This document shows positions 9,405 through 17,586 of a stretch of 58,319 bases of DNA, in pieces. The DNA is from Acutalibacteraceae bacterium (GTDB taxonomy: Bacteria > Bacillota > Clostridia > Oscillospirales > Acutalibacteraceae). Position 1 is the first letter of the stretch, and each line of letters opens with the position of its first letter. The stretch is from positions 1 to 58,319 of the forward strand of contig JAZUOA010000168.1 of NCBI GenBank assembly GCA_045604445.1, written 5' to 3'. The notes under the pieces are model-generated. The model saw only the letters and a program-made list of their open reading frames with translations. It did not search any database and was not told where the DNA came from. Made by a program: the position numbers and the translations under genes.

Positions 9405-10586
9405 TTATTCTGTAGCTTCTGATTTTTCAGTTGTTTTTCTTGCAACAACCCATGCGTTGGGAAGGTACCTTCCGGTTGGCATATTTCTTGCAGAAGGCTT
9501 ATTTATAACCTCGCCGTCGTAACCTATTACGGACGATGAGCCTCCATCGCAGGCACCTGCAGTAACCGCACCGTACTGAAGAAGAATATCTGCGCAATCT
9601 TCCATTGTTGCGCCTAATGAATAACCAACCTGCCTGCCATCTGCAACAAGGAAAAGCACAACACCGTTGGCACATTGACCTACAACAGTTCTTGGTTGAA
9701 GGCCCCAACCCGCTGAATCCTCAACAACCTTTTCACCGTTAAGAATGAGAGAAGGTCTGTATTGAAAACCATCGCGGATATTATATTCCTCCCAATTTTC
9801 AATACCGCCCACAACAAGCCTGTTTTCATCATCGAAGCCTACAAGGGTGTACTGTGAATTATATGTTCCCCAGTATTCCCCTTGAGAAACGCATTGACCT
9901 GTTAAAGTTCCGCCAAGGCTTACTCCGCCTTTATCGTGAAAGCCTGAGGCATTTATACCTACAACCGCATTTTCTTTTTCAAGATAATCGCAAATAAACT
10001 CGCCTCTTGAACCCTTATAATCCGTAGCTGCAAGGTAAACCCTTGATGGGTCATCAATCAAAACCAGCTTACCAACAAAATTTGAGGTTTTTATTTCAAG
10101 AATAACTATACCTTCATCTTTATCGTTGGCGAAAACAGTATTTCCGAATTTATCCTTTTCACCTTCAACAAGATACTCCTGCCCTAAGATATCGGCACTT
10201 TGATTTCCGTAAATATCGGTAATCTTTGTAACGGTTATATCCTTGATATCTACCTGCTTCCCCATTACATCATCAATAAGCCACCGGGGGAAGAAGCTTG
10301 TAGCCAACCATTTATGTTGGTCTGTTGTCATAGCAGTTTCAATCCAGATATTGCGCCACTTTGTTACAAAGGGTATGTTGCCGAAAACCATCGTTGCATA
10401 TCCTACCGCAGTTACCGCCAAAACCGATGATATTACTAAAACTGCAATAACGCTTTTCTTTAGCTTTTTATTCTCTTGCGTTTTTTTGTTTTTATTGCCC
10501 GGGTTATTTCTTTTTTTCTCGCTTTCGCTTATACCATCTGATATATTTTCAAGGCTAACAACCTCTTCTTCGCCTTTTCTGACCAC
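9405..10586 (-). CDS. phosphodiester glycosidase family protein (NAGPA/DUF2233-like), N-terminally membrane anchored
   Basis: C-terminal PRTVVGQ..VLFLVADGRQ..GATMEDCADILLQYGAVTAGACDGGSSS is typical of this family. One TM segment. I place the start at GTG 10586, 9 nt after AGGAGG at 10596-10601. The track TTG at 10634 lies inside the trxB terminator stem. Confidence 0.7.
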   Translation of the reverse strand: MVRKGEEEVVSLENISDGISESEKKRNNPGNKNKKTQENKKLKKSVIAVLVISSVLAVTAVGYATMVFGNIPFVTKWRNIWIETAMTTDQHKWLATSFFPRWLIDDVMGKQVDIKDITVTKITDIYGNQSADILGQEYLVEGEKDKFGNTVFANDKDEGIVILEIKTSNFVGKLVLIDDPSRVYLAATDYKGSRGEFICDYLEKENAVVGINASGFHDKGGVSLGGTLTGQCVSQGEYWGTYNSQYTLVGFDDENRLVVGGIENWEEYNIRDGFQYRPSLILNGEKVVEDSAGWGLQPRTVVGQCANGVVLFLVADGRQVGYSLGATMEDCADILLQYGAVTAGACDGGSSSVIGYDGEVINKPSARNMPTGRYLPNAWVVARKTTEKSEATE

Positions 10587-10624
10587 AACTACATCCCTCC
10601 TTGGATTTTCAACTATTGTAACAT

Positions 10625-10660
10625 AAAAAGACAACGAATTCTACATTTCGTTGTCTTTTT
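10625..10660 (-). terminator. terminator hairpin after the trxB-like gene
   Basis: AAAAAGACAACGAA / TTCGTTGTCTTTTT 14-bp stem with an 8-nt loop. Confidence 0.5.
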
Positions 10661-10681
10661 ACAAAATTTTTATATTTTAAA

Positions 10682-11584
10682 TCAGAGATTATCGATATAT
10701 TTGCAAGCCGCAAGGGCAGCCGTTGCACCGTCTGCCGTTGCTGTTGTAATTTGCCTTACCGTTTTTTTGCGGCAATCTCCTGCAACAAAAATACCGTTTG
10801 TTTTAGTAACACAGGTTTCATCAGAATCAAAATAACCGTATTCATCAAGGTTAGCGTTATCTGAAAACATTGAATTCTTTGGCTCAAGACCGATTGCAAC
10901 GAAAATACCGTTAAGGGAAATTTCCTTTTTACCGTCCTTTGTGTTAAGAACAACACCCGAAAGCTCCTTTTCACCTTTGAATTCGGCAACAGTTACCTCA
11001 GTTAAAAACTCCACATTTTCCTTCTTTTCAAGTATATCTATAAGCTTCTTTTCGCCTGTAAAATAAGGAAGATTCTGAAGCAAATAAACCTTTTCACAAA
11101 TATCTGACAGAAGAACAGCTTCTTGCAAAGCAGAGTTGCCTCCACCCACAACGCCAACTGTTTGGCCCTTAAAAAATGCTCCGTCACAAACCGCGCAGTA
11201 GGAAATACCATTTCCCACAAGCTCGTTTTCTCTTTCAACGCCCAGCTGCCTGTGGCGAACACCAACAGCTATAATAACCGCTCTGGCTTCATAAGCCTTG
11301 TTGCCGGCAAAAACTGTTTTATGAGTGCCGAAATCGGATACGCTTGTTACCGCCTCCATTTCAACCTCTGCACCCATATTAAGCACCTGGTCCAAAAGCT
11401 TATCAGCAAATTCATTGCCGCTCATTTCTGCAAAGCCGGGATAATTTTCGATTTTTGGAGAAAAAGTTACCTGACCGCCAAACGTTGATTTTTCAATAAC
11501 AAGAACGCTTTTTGAAGCTCTCAGCGCATAAAGAGCCGCAGTAAGCCCCGCAGGACCTGCACCTATTACAATAATATCATACAT
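10682..11584 (-). CDS. low-Mr thioredoxin reductase-like flavoprotein lacking the canonical NADPH HRRxxxR motif
   Basis: FAD motif IIVIGAGPAG, redox-active CAVCDG, GGGNSALQEA. Where E. coli TrxB has EVHLIHRRDGFRAEK, this protein has KVYLLQNLPYFTGEK. Confidence 0.8.
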   Translation of the reverse strand: MYDIIVIGAGPAGLTAALYALRASKSVLVIEKSTFGGQVTFSPKIENYPGFAEMSGNEFADKLLDQVLNMGAEVEMEAVTSVSDFGTHKTVFAGNKAYEARAVIIAVGVRHRQLGVERENELVGNGISYCAVCDGAFFKGQTVGVVGGGNSALQEAVLLSDICEKVYLLQNLPYFTGEKKLIDILEKKENVEFLTEVTVAEFKGEKELSGVVLNTKDGKKEISLNGIFVAIGLEPKNSMFSDNANLDEYGYFDSDETCVTKTNGIFVAGDCRKKTVRQITTATADGATAALAACKYIDNL

Positions 11585-11605
11585 AATTGAACACTCCGTT
11601 TATAA

Positions 11606-11638
11606 AACAGGGTTGTATCCTTTTGATACAACCCTGTT
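11606..11638 (-). terminator. hairpin between nrdD and the trxB-like gene (weak U-tract; possible attenuating or processing stem)
   Basis: AACAGGGTTGTATC / GATACAACCCTGTT 14-bp stem. Only about 21 nt lie between the hairpin and the trxB-like start, so there is no room for a promoter. Confidence 0.4.
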
Positions 11639-11646
11639 ATTTTAAA

Positions 11647-14034
11647 TTAAAGGCTCTCAATAAAATCCTTAATTGCAGGAAGGTCTGCAATTTTTTCTGC
11701 AACATCACCCTTTTGAATTACAAGAGTGGGTGCCTGTTTAAGCTCAAGCTCTTTTGCAAGCTCAACATTCTCTTCAACAAAAAGCTTTTCGTAAGCGATG
11801 CCTTTTTTCTCAAGCAGCTGGGCAGCTATCTTGCATTTAGGGCAGGTTTTTGTTGCAAAAAGAATAAACTTTGCATCTGCATCAACTGAAACAGCTTCGC
11901 TTTCGCAACCGCAAGCGCAGTGAGCATGGTCAACTGTTCTTTCAGACTTTTCAAAGTGGGAATTTGCAACATCATAAACTCTTCTGTCCTTAAACTCCTG
12001 AGCCTTACCATCATTAAAGTTTTGAACAGGACGATAGTAGCCTGTAATACGGCTATAAACTTCAGTTGTGTTACCGCAATCGGGGCATTCATATTCCTCA
12101 CCTGCAATATAACCATGGTTGCAGCATACTGAATATGTGGGAGAAATTGAGTAATAAGGAAGTCTGTAGTTATCAGCAATTTTTCTTACAATGTCAGCGG
12201 CAGCCTTCCAATCAGGAAGCTTCTCACCAAGGAATGCATGGAAAACAGTACCCGAGGTATAAAGAGTATGAAGTTCATCCTGAGCGTCAAGAGCTTCAAA
12301 AATATCTGCAGTGTAACCAACAGGAAGGTGTGAAGAGTTGGTGTAGTAGGGTGTGCCGTTTTCGTTAGCTGTGATAATTGCAGGATAATGCTTTTTATCG
12401 TGCTTTGCGAAACGGTAGGTTGTAGACTCTGCAGGAGTTGCTTCAAGGTTATAAAGGTCACCGTAAAGCTCCTGATAATCGGAAAGTCTTTCTCTCATAT
12501 GGTTGAGAACATCCTTAGCGAAATTCTGTGTTTCCTTATGAGTCATATCCTTACGGAGCCATTTTGCGTTAAGACCAACCTCATTCATACCGATAAGACC
12601 AATAGTTGAGAAATGGTTATTAAATGTTCCGAGATATCTCTTTGTATAAGGATAAAGACCTTCTTCAAGAAGCTTTGTGATAATTTCTCTCTTAACCTTA
12701 AGGGAACGAGCAGAAATATCCATAAGCTTGTCAAGTCTTCTGTAGAAATCCTCAACATCTTCTGAAAGATATGCGATTCTGGGAAGGTTGATTGTTACAA
12801 CACCGATTGAACCTGTGCTTTCGCCGCTACCAAAGAAGCCACCGCTCTTTTTGCGAAGCTCGCGAAGGTCAAGGCGAAGTCTGCAGCACATGGAACGAAC
12901 ATCACTTGGCTCCATATCAGAGTTAACGTAGTTAGAGAAATAGGGTGTGCCGTATTTTGCGGTCATTTCGAAGAGGAGCTTATTGTTCTCTGTTTCTGAC
13001 CAGTCAAAATCACGAGTAATTGAATATGTGGGAATAGGATATTGGAAGCCTCTTCCGTGAGCATCGCCTTCAATCATCGTTTCAATGAAAGCCTTGTTAA
13101 CCATATCCATCTCTTTTTTACAATCGCCGTAAGTGAAATCCATTTCCTTACCGCCTACGATTGCAGGCATATCCTTAAGGTCTGCAGGAACAGTCCAGTC
13201 AAGAGTAATATTTGAGAAAGGTGCCTGAGTACCCCAACGAGAAGGTGTATTTACACCGAAAATAAATGACTCAATGCATTTTTTAACCTGCTTGTAATCG
13301 AGGTTATCTACCTTAACAAAAGGAGCAAGGTATGTGTCAAATGATGAAAATGCCTGAGCGCCTGCCCATTCATTCTGCATAATTCCGAGGAAGTTTACCA
13401 TCTGGTTGCAAAGAGTTGCAAGATGGCTTGCGGGAGAAGAGGTAATCTTACCGGGAACACCGCCTAAGCCCTCTTGAATGAGCTGCTTAAGAGACCAACC
13501 TGCGCAGTAGCCTGTAAGCATTGAAAGGTCATGGATGTGAACATCGCCGTTGCGGTGAGCGTTAGCGATTTCTTCATCATAAACCTCAGAAAGCCAATAG
13601 TTAGCAGTAATTGCGCCTGAGTTTGAAAGAATAAGACCGCCAACTGAATAAGTAACTGTGGAATTTTCCTTAACTCTCCAGTCTGTTACCTTAACATAGC
13701 TGTCAACAAGCTCTTTATAGTCAAGAATTGTTGATTTCATATTACGGATTTTCTCGCGATTCTTTCTGTAAAGAATATATGCTTTAGCAACATCTGCATA
13801 GCCTGCCTGAACAAGAACAGACTCTACACTATCCTGAACATCTTCAACAGCAACAAGATTATTGCTGATTTTGGGTTCAAAGTTTGCAGTTACTTTAAGA
13901 GCAAGAAAATCAATGATATTGTCGTTATACTGTTTGTTGCATGCTTCAAAAGCCTTTTTGATTGCAACGGCAATTTTAGATATATCAAAATCTGCTACAT
14001 CGCCGTCACGTTTAATTACCTGATACATAGCCAA
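11647..14034 (-). CDS. nrdD: anaerobic ribonucleoside-triphosphate reductase (class III) with a C-terminal thioredoxin-fold CPKC domain
   Basis: 795 aa. N-terminal ATP-cone (VIKRDG..FD..KI), finger-loop SMCCRLRLD, Zn-ribbon CCNH..CPDCG and glycyl-radical motif RITGYYRPV. These are followed by the HAHCACGCESE linker and KFILFATKTCPKCK...APTLVIQ. Confidence 0.9.
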   Translation of the reverse strand: MAMYQVIKRDGDVADFDISKIAVAIKKAFEACNKQYNDNIIDFLALKVTANFEPKISNNLVAVEDVQDSVESVLVQAGYADVAKAYILYRKNREKIRNMKSTILDYKELVDSYVKVTDWRVKENSTVTYSVGGLILSNSGAITANYWLSEVYDEEIANAHRNGDVHIHDLSMLTGYCAGWSLKQLIQEGLGGVPGKITSSPASHLATLCNQMVNFLGIMQNEWAGAQAFSSFDTYLAPFVKVDNLDYKQVKKCIESFIFGVNTPSRWGTQAPFSNITLDWTVPADLKDMPAIVGGKEMDFTYGDCKKEMDMVNKAFIETMIEGDAHGRGFQYPIPTYSITRDFDWSETENNKLLFEMTAKYGTPYFSNYVNSDMEPSDVRSMCCRLRLDLRELRKKSGGFFGSGESTGSIGVVTINLPRIAYLSEDVEDFYRRLDKLMDISARSLKVKREIITKLLEEGLYPYTKRYLGTFNNHFSTIGLIGMNEVGLNAKWLRKDMTHKETQNFAKDVLNHMRERLSDYQELYGDLYNLEATPAESTTYRFAKHDKKHYPAIITANENGTPYYTNSSHLPVGYTADIFEALDAQDELHTLYTSGTVFHAFLGEKLPDWKAAADIVRKIADNYRLPYYSISPTYSVCCNHGYIAGEEYECPDCGNTTEVYSRITGYYRPVQNFNDGKAQEFKDRRVYDVANSHFEKSERTVDHAHCACGCESEAVSVDADAKFILFATKTCPKCKIAAQLLEKKGIAYEKLFVEENVELAKELELKQAPTLVIQKGDVAEKIADLPAIKDFIESL

Positions 14035-14130
14035 TCTCCTTCTTTATACTTTATATTTAATCTCAACCCATATCTGAGGTTGTTTTTTATAGCATCAGAG
14101 CGCAGCTGCGCCAAACGCCGACCGTAATTG

Positions 14131-14159
14131 ATAATAGCAGATATAATGTGTTTTGTCAA
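14131..14159 (-). promoter_or_regulatory. sigma-70-type promoter for nrdD
   Basis: Minus strand TTGACA (14159-14154), 17-nt spacer, TATTAT (14136-14131), about 95 nt upstream of the nrdD start. Confidence 0.5.
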
Positions 14160-14225
14160 TAGTCAAAACACAATATCTTGTGTTAATTTTCGAGAATATT
14201 CCGAGAAAAACACAAGATATTGAGT
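14136..14225. promoter_or_regulatory. proximal NrdR-box cluster (two strong boxes and one weak box)
   Basis: ACACAATATCTTGTGT (14168-14183) and ACACAAGATATTGAGT (14210-14225) match the 16-bp palindromic NrdR consensus acaCwAtATaTwGtgt at 15/16 and 14/16. A weaker box, AGCAGATATAATGTGT (14136-14151, 11/16), lies in the promoter spacer 32 bp from box 1. Confidence 0.7.
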
Positions 14226-14315
14226 GTTTTTTGTGAAAATATAGCAATTATGCACATATATTCACCTGTCTTTTTGTGTAATATTTTGTCGAGAATGTTT
14301 TTTGCAAAAAAATGA

Positions 14316-14353
14316 CCACAATATATTGTGCTTTAAAACACAATATGTTGTGG
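14316..14353. promoter_or_regulatory. distal NrdR-box pair
   Basis: CCACAATATATTGTGC (14316-14331) and ACACAATATGTTGTGG (14338-14353), each 14/16 to the consensus, starting 11 nt past the nrdG stop. Confidence 0.65.
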
Positions 14354-14364
14354 TACAAATAGCT

Positions 14365-15054
14365 TTATATACCTCTTAGCTCTGCATTTGGTATATATTT
14401 TTTTACAATTTCAAGCATTTCTCTCATAGTTTCACGGCTTACGCCCTTACATGAGTTATCTATAAGATTACCTGAATCAACAAAATTCTGAAGATAATAC
14501 TTTGGCACACCTTTAATCCATTTTGCCAAAGCCTCGATATCCTCCTTCGTATGAAAGTTTTCCGTTACCGTAGTTCTGAATTCATAATCAATTCCGCTAT
14601 CCCTTAAAAGCTGTATGCTTTCTTCTACAGGTGCAATATCAAACTCTTTTAATCCAACCGTTTCGGCATATTTCCCGGGGCAATTTTTTATATCCATTGC
14701 TACATAATCAACAAGCCCCAATTGAAGTAAACCCGCCAATTTTTCAGGATAACAGCCGTTTGTATCGAGCTTTATGGCAATGCCGGTTTCTTTAAGCTCA
14801 TACAAAAATCTTTCAATATCTTTTTGCAGCAGGGGCTCTCCGCCGGTTATCGCGATACCATCTATAACATTTTTACGTCTGTTTAAATGGTTAAAAATTT
14901 CTTCTTCTGTAAAAAAAACATCATTTTTTTCTGTTACAAGCAAAGCATTGTGGCAAAAAGGGCATCGCAAATTGCAGCCTGCCGTAAAAACAGTGCAAGC
15001 TGTTCTGCCGGGAAAATCTAAAAGAGTTAACTTTTGAAATCCTTTAATCATCAT
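14365..15054 (-). CDS. nrdG: anaerobic ribonucleotide reductase activating protein (radical SAM)
   Basis: CNLRCPFCHN radical-SAM cluster motif and GGEPLLQ. AGGTG RBS favours the ATG at 15054. The track GTG at 15063 lies within the RBS. Confidence 0.9.
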   Translation of the reverse strand: MMIKGFQKLTLLDFPGRTACTVFTAGCNLRCPFCHNALLVTEKNDVFFTEEEIFNHLNRRKNVIDGIAITGGEPLLQKDIERFLYELKETGIAIKLDTNGCYPEKLAGLLQLGLVDYVAMDIKNCPGKYAETVGLKEFDIAPVEESIQLLRDSGIDYEFRTTVTENFHTKEDIEALAKWIKGVPKYYLQNFVDSGNLIDNSCKGVSRETMREMLEIVKKYIPNAELRGI

Positions 15055-15070
15055 TTTTATCACCTACAAA

Positions 15071-15099
15071 ATTATATATCCCAAACATAATTTAGTCAA
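15071..15099 (-). promoter_or_regulatory. sigma-70-type promoter for nrdG
   Basis: Minus strand TTGACT (15099-15094), 17 nt, TATAAT (15076-15071). Confidence 0.55.
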
Positions 15100-15204
15100 C
15101 CGAAAAAGGATTACAAAAGCACTTTTTTATTCCAAAACAGAACTAAAAAAACAAAAACACAATATTTATACAATTTATATAATAAATAGTCTGTATTTTG
15201 TGTA

Positions 15205-15233
15205 TTTACATTTGAAAATAAATGTGTTATAAT
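15205..15233 (+). promoter_or_regulatory. sigma-70-type promoter for the surface-protein gene pair
   Basis: TTTACA (15205-15210), 17 nt, TGT-TATAAT extended -10 (15225-15233). Confidence 0.5.
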
Positions 15234-15270
15234 GCTTTTACATATATTAGATATTTTGGAGGAAATTATC

Positions 15271-15909
15271 ATGAAAACAAAAAAAGCTCTTGCTGTTTTG
15301 CTTGCAGCGGTTATGCTTATTGTTCCGTTGGCAGTGTCTTCATTTGCCGCTTCAACAATGGCTGTTGTTGGCGGAACCTTAAAAACAGCATATTACGACA
15401 CAGAATACTTCAATCCTCAAGGTTTGGTTATCATTGTTGATGGTGCACCTGTAATATACACTCCTACAGATGCAAACTTCCGTTTTGTTCCTGAGCTTGA
15501 TGAGCTCCTTTCTGTTGAGGACACCGAAGTAACTGTTATCTACAACAATCAGATCGTTGGTACCGTTCCCGTTACTGTTGAGCACAAGCTCGGTGAGCTC
15601 GTTGCTATTGACACCGGTCACGGTAAATATTGCCTTGGCTGCGGAGAGCTCCACGAGTTCGAAGCACATATTGTTGACGAAGAAGCTTGGGTTCCTAACG
15701 ATGACGGCGGAATTTTCTCGCTTCAGACTATGACAAACAAATGCTTATCTTGTGGTGCAGTAGTAACCAAACCAATCCCTGAATCCGATGGTTTTCTTGA
15801 CCTTTTCCCAATCGAAGAAGGTCTTTTAACAGATTTCGAATTTCAATTTGTTACTACTTTTTATTCAATTGTAGGTACTCTTTTGCAATTTATTTTAGCA
15901 ATTTACTGA
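15271..15909 (+). CDS. secreted Ig-like domain protein with a C-terminal Cys4 (CxGCG...CxxCG) module and hydrophobic C-terminal tail
   Basis: GGAGG RBS at 15259-15263 precedes ATG 15271. Signal peptide MKTKKALAVLLAAVMLIVPLAVSSFAAS. Motifs CLGCGELHEFEAH and CLSCG. The last ~22 residues are hydrophobic. Confidence 0.6.
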   Translation: MKTKKALAVLLAAVMLIVPLAVSSFAASTMAVVGGTLKTAYYDTEYFNPQGLVIIVDGAPVIYTPTDANFRFVPELDELLSVEDTEVTVIYNNQIVGTVPVTVEHKLGELVAIDTGHGKYCLGCGELHEFEAHIVDEEAWVPNDDGGIFSLQTMTNKCLSCGAVVTKPIPESDGFLDLFPIEEGLLTDFEFQFVTTFYSIVGTLLQFILAIY

Positions 15910-15927
15910 TAAAGGAGGATTAGAGTA

Positions 15928-17061
15928 ATGAAAAAAAGAAAATTATTATCAATCGTCCTTGTTGCTGTTATGCTTTTCTCAAGCATAAGCATTTGCGCAA
16001 GTGCCGAAACAGGATTGACTGTACAAGGTAAAGCTAATGTTGATATAAAAACCGGTGCAACCTTTGACCCGGAAACTTTCAATATCGAATTAAATATCAA
16101 CAGAAATCTTATTGGTACATTTGACACTACAGATGCTGCCACCGGTAAAATAACCCATGATTTTAACTTTGAATACGAAATCACCGCTATTACCACTACC
16201 GATGGTAACACCATTTTTGATTATTTGACCAACCCCGAAGAATTTTTAGCATTTTTTACTTCAGAAGATTTCAATGGCGGCTCTATCGGTATTGAATTTA
16301 CCGTTAAATTTGATACAGAAAACATTTTTGGTAAACTTGAATATACTGTATCTGTTGATGGCTTCGCTATTCCTATTGATATGGGTGACCTCGGTGGAGT
16401 TGTAGGCGATATAGGTGCTAACATTCCTACAACACTCAAAACAACCGGAACTGTTGATAATTTCCCGTCAATAATCGCCTCTTCTGTTTCAACAATATCT
16501 GTTCCCAAGAATACCGATTACTTGGATTCTGAAAAATATGATGCCAGCGGATTAGTGCTTTCCTTTACAACATCTACCGGTGCAACCGGTGAATACACCT
16601 ATAGCGAAGAAACAGCTTATTCATTTAACTGTATTCCTTCCGCATCACAAAACCTTTCTTGTGGTGATTCTTTTATTACAGTTATGATCATTGACACTCC
16701 TGTTTTCTACTCTCCCATTTCTGTAAGCCATGATTGGTCCGATGGTCCTGTTAACATCACAACATATAAATATACCGATGAAAACCCCGGCTTCCACGCA
16801 ATTGTTTGCGAAGGTTGCGGTGAAACTCATACTGCTGAACCCCATATCCCCGCAAACGCAGAATGGACTTCTAACAACGACCAAACCTTCGTTGCTAACG
16901 GAACAGAATCCAACGAATGTGCAGCTTGCGGAACAGTTCTTACAAGAAACACCTTTGGCACAGCAGATTACAACACCGCTTTCGGTGACCTCCACTTCCT
17001 TCTTGTAATCTTTGACTACATCAATGTTCTTCTCAGATTCATCGGTGCAGCAATCGACTAA
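15928..17061 (+). CDS. secreted paralogue with the same C-terminal Cys4 module and hydrophobic tail
   Basis: Signal peptide MKKRKLLSIVLVAVMLFSSISICASA. Ig-like segment PKNTDYLDSEKYDASGLVLSF. HDWSDGPV, CEGCGETHTAEPH, CAACG. Hydrophobic C-terminus. Confidence 0.6.
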   Translation: MKKRKLLSIVLVAVMLFSSISICASAETGLTVQGKANVDIKTGATFDPETFNIELNINRNLIGTFDTTDAATGKITHDFNFEYEITAITTTDGNTIFDYLTNPEEFLAFFTSEDFNGGSIGIEFTVKFDTENIFGKLEYTVSVDGFAIPIDMGDLGGVVGDIGANIPTTLKTTGTVDNFPSIIASSVSTISVPKNTDYLDSEKYDASGLVLSFTTSTGATGEYTYSEETAYSFNCIPSASQNLSCGDSFITVMIIDTPVFYSPISVSHDWSDGPVNITTYKYTDENPGFHAIVCEGCGETHTAEPHIPANAEWTSNNDQTFVANGTESNECAACGTVLTRNTFGTADYNTAFGDLHFLLVIFDYINVLLRFIGAAID

Positions 17062-17081
17062 AAGATAATTTCCTAATATAT

Positions 17082-17120
17082 AAACCGTTACTCTTACGAG
17101 TGACGGTTTTCTTTTTTTTT
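17082..17120 (+). terminator. rho-independent terminator
   Basis: AAACCGTTACTC / GAGTGACGGTTT stem with a 4-nt loop, followed by TTTTCTTTTTTTTT. Confidence 0.7.
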
Positions 17121-17157
17121 AAAAAACTGTTGACATTTTATAATAGGTATGTTATTT

Positions 17158-17190
17158 TATAACTGTAATAGGTGTGATATCACAGTTATA
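17158..17190. promoter_or_regulatory. candidate operator for the GntR/YtrA regulator
   Basis: 9-bp inverted repeat TATAACTGT..ACAGTTATA enclosing the perfect 10-bp palindrome GTGATATCAC. It sits just downstream of a TTGACA box at 17130-17135 and upstream of the regulator start. Confidence 0.45.
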
Positions 17191-17208
17191 TTTTCAGGAG
17201 GTGATGAA

Positions 17209-17586
17209 GTGATAATTATTGACCATCGAAGCAGAACACCGATTTTTGAACAAATTAAAGAGCAAATAATCAACCTTATTAATATTGGTGAATTAAAGCC
17301 GGATGATAAGCTTCCTTCTATAAGGCAGCTGGCATCTGATTTAGAGCTAAATGTTAATACTGTTAAACGTGCTTTTCAAGAGCTTGAAACTGAACAGGTA
17401 ACTTATTCGGTACCCGGAAAGGGCGTTTTTGTAAGCCAAAATGCTTTTGCTAACAAAATTGTTTTGGATAGTGCTGAAAAGGAGCTAAAAAGAATACTCT
17501 CTTCATCGAAAGCCAAAGGAATAACTTTGGAAAGAGTTATAGAGCTTTCAAAAAATATTTACGGAAAGGGTGAATGCAATGATTGA
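17209..17586 (+). CDS. GntR family transcriptional regulator, YtrA-like (short effector domain)
   Basis: Winged-helix segment PIFEQIKEQI..LPSIRQLASDLELNVNTVKRAFQELE. About 125 aa, typical of the YtrA subfamily. GTG start 7 nt after AGGAGG (17196-17201). Confidence 0.8.
   Translation: MIIIDHRSRTPIFEQIKEQIINLINIGELKPDDKLPSIRQLASDLELNVNTVKRAFQELETEQVTYSVPGKGVFVSQNAFANKIVLDSAEKELKRILSSSKAKGITLERVIELSKNIYGKGECND

Noticed and set aside
15157-15203. Two degenerate NrdR-like boxes (ACACAATATTTATACA at 15157, AGTCTGTATTTTGTGT at 15188) 31 bp apart, upstream of nrdG.
   Set aside because: Each matches only one half of the palindrome. They lie more than 55 bp upstream of the nrdG -35 box and abut the promoter of the oppositely oriented surface-protein gene. 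They are too weak to call without a scoring matrix.
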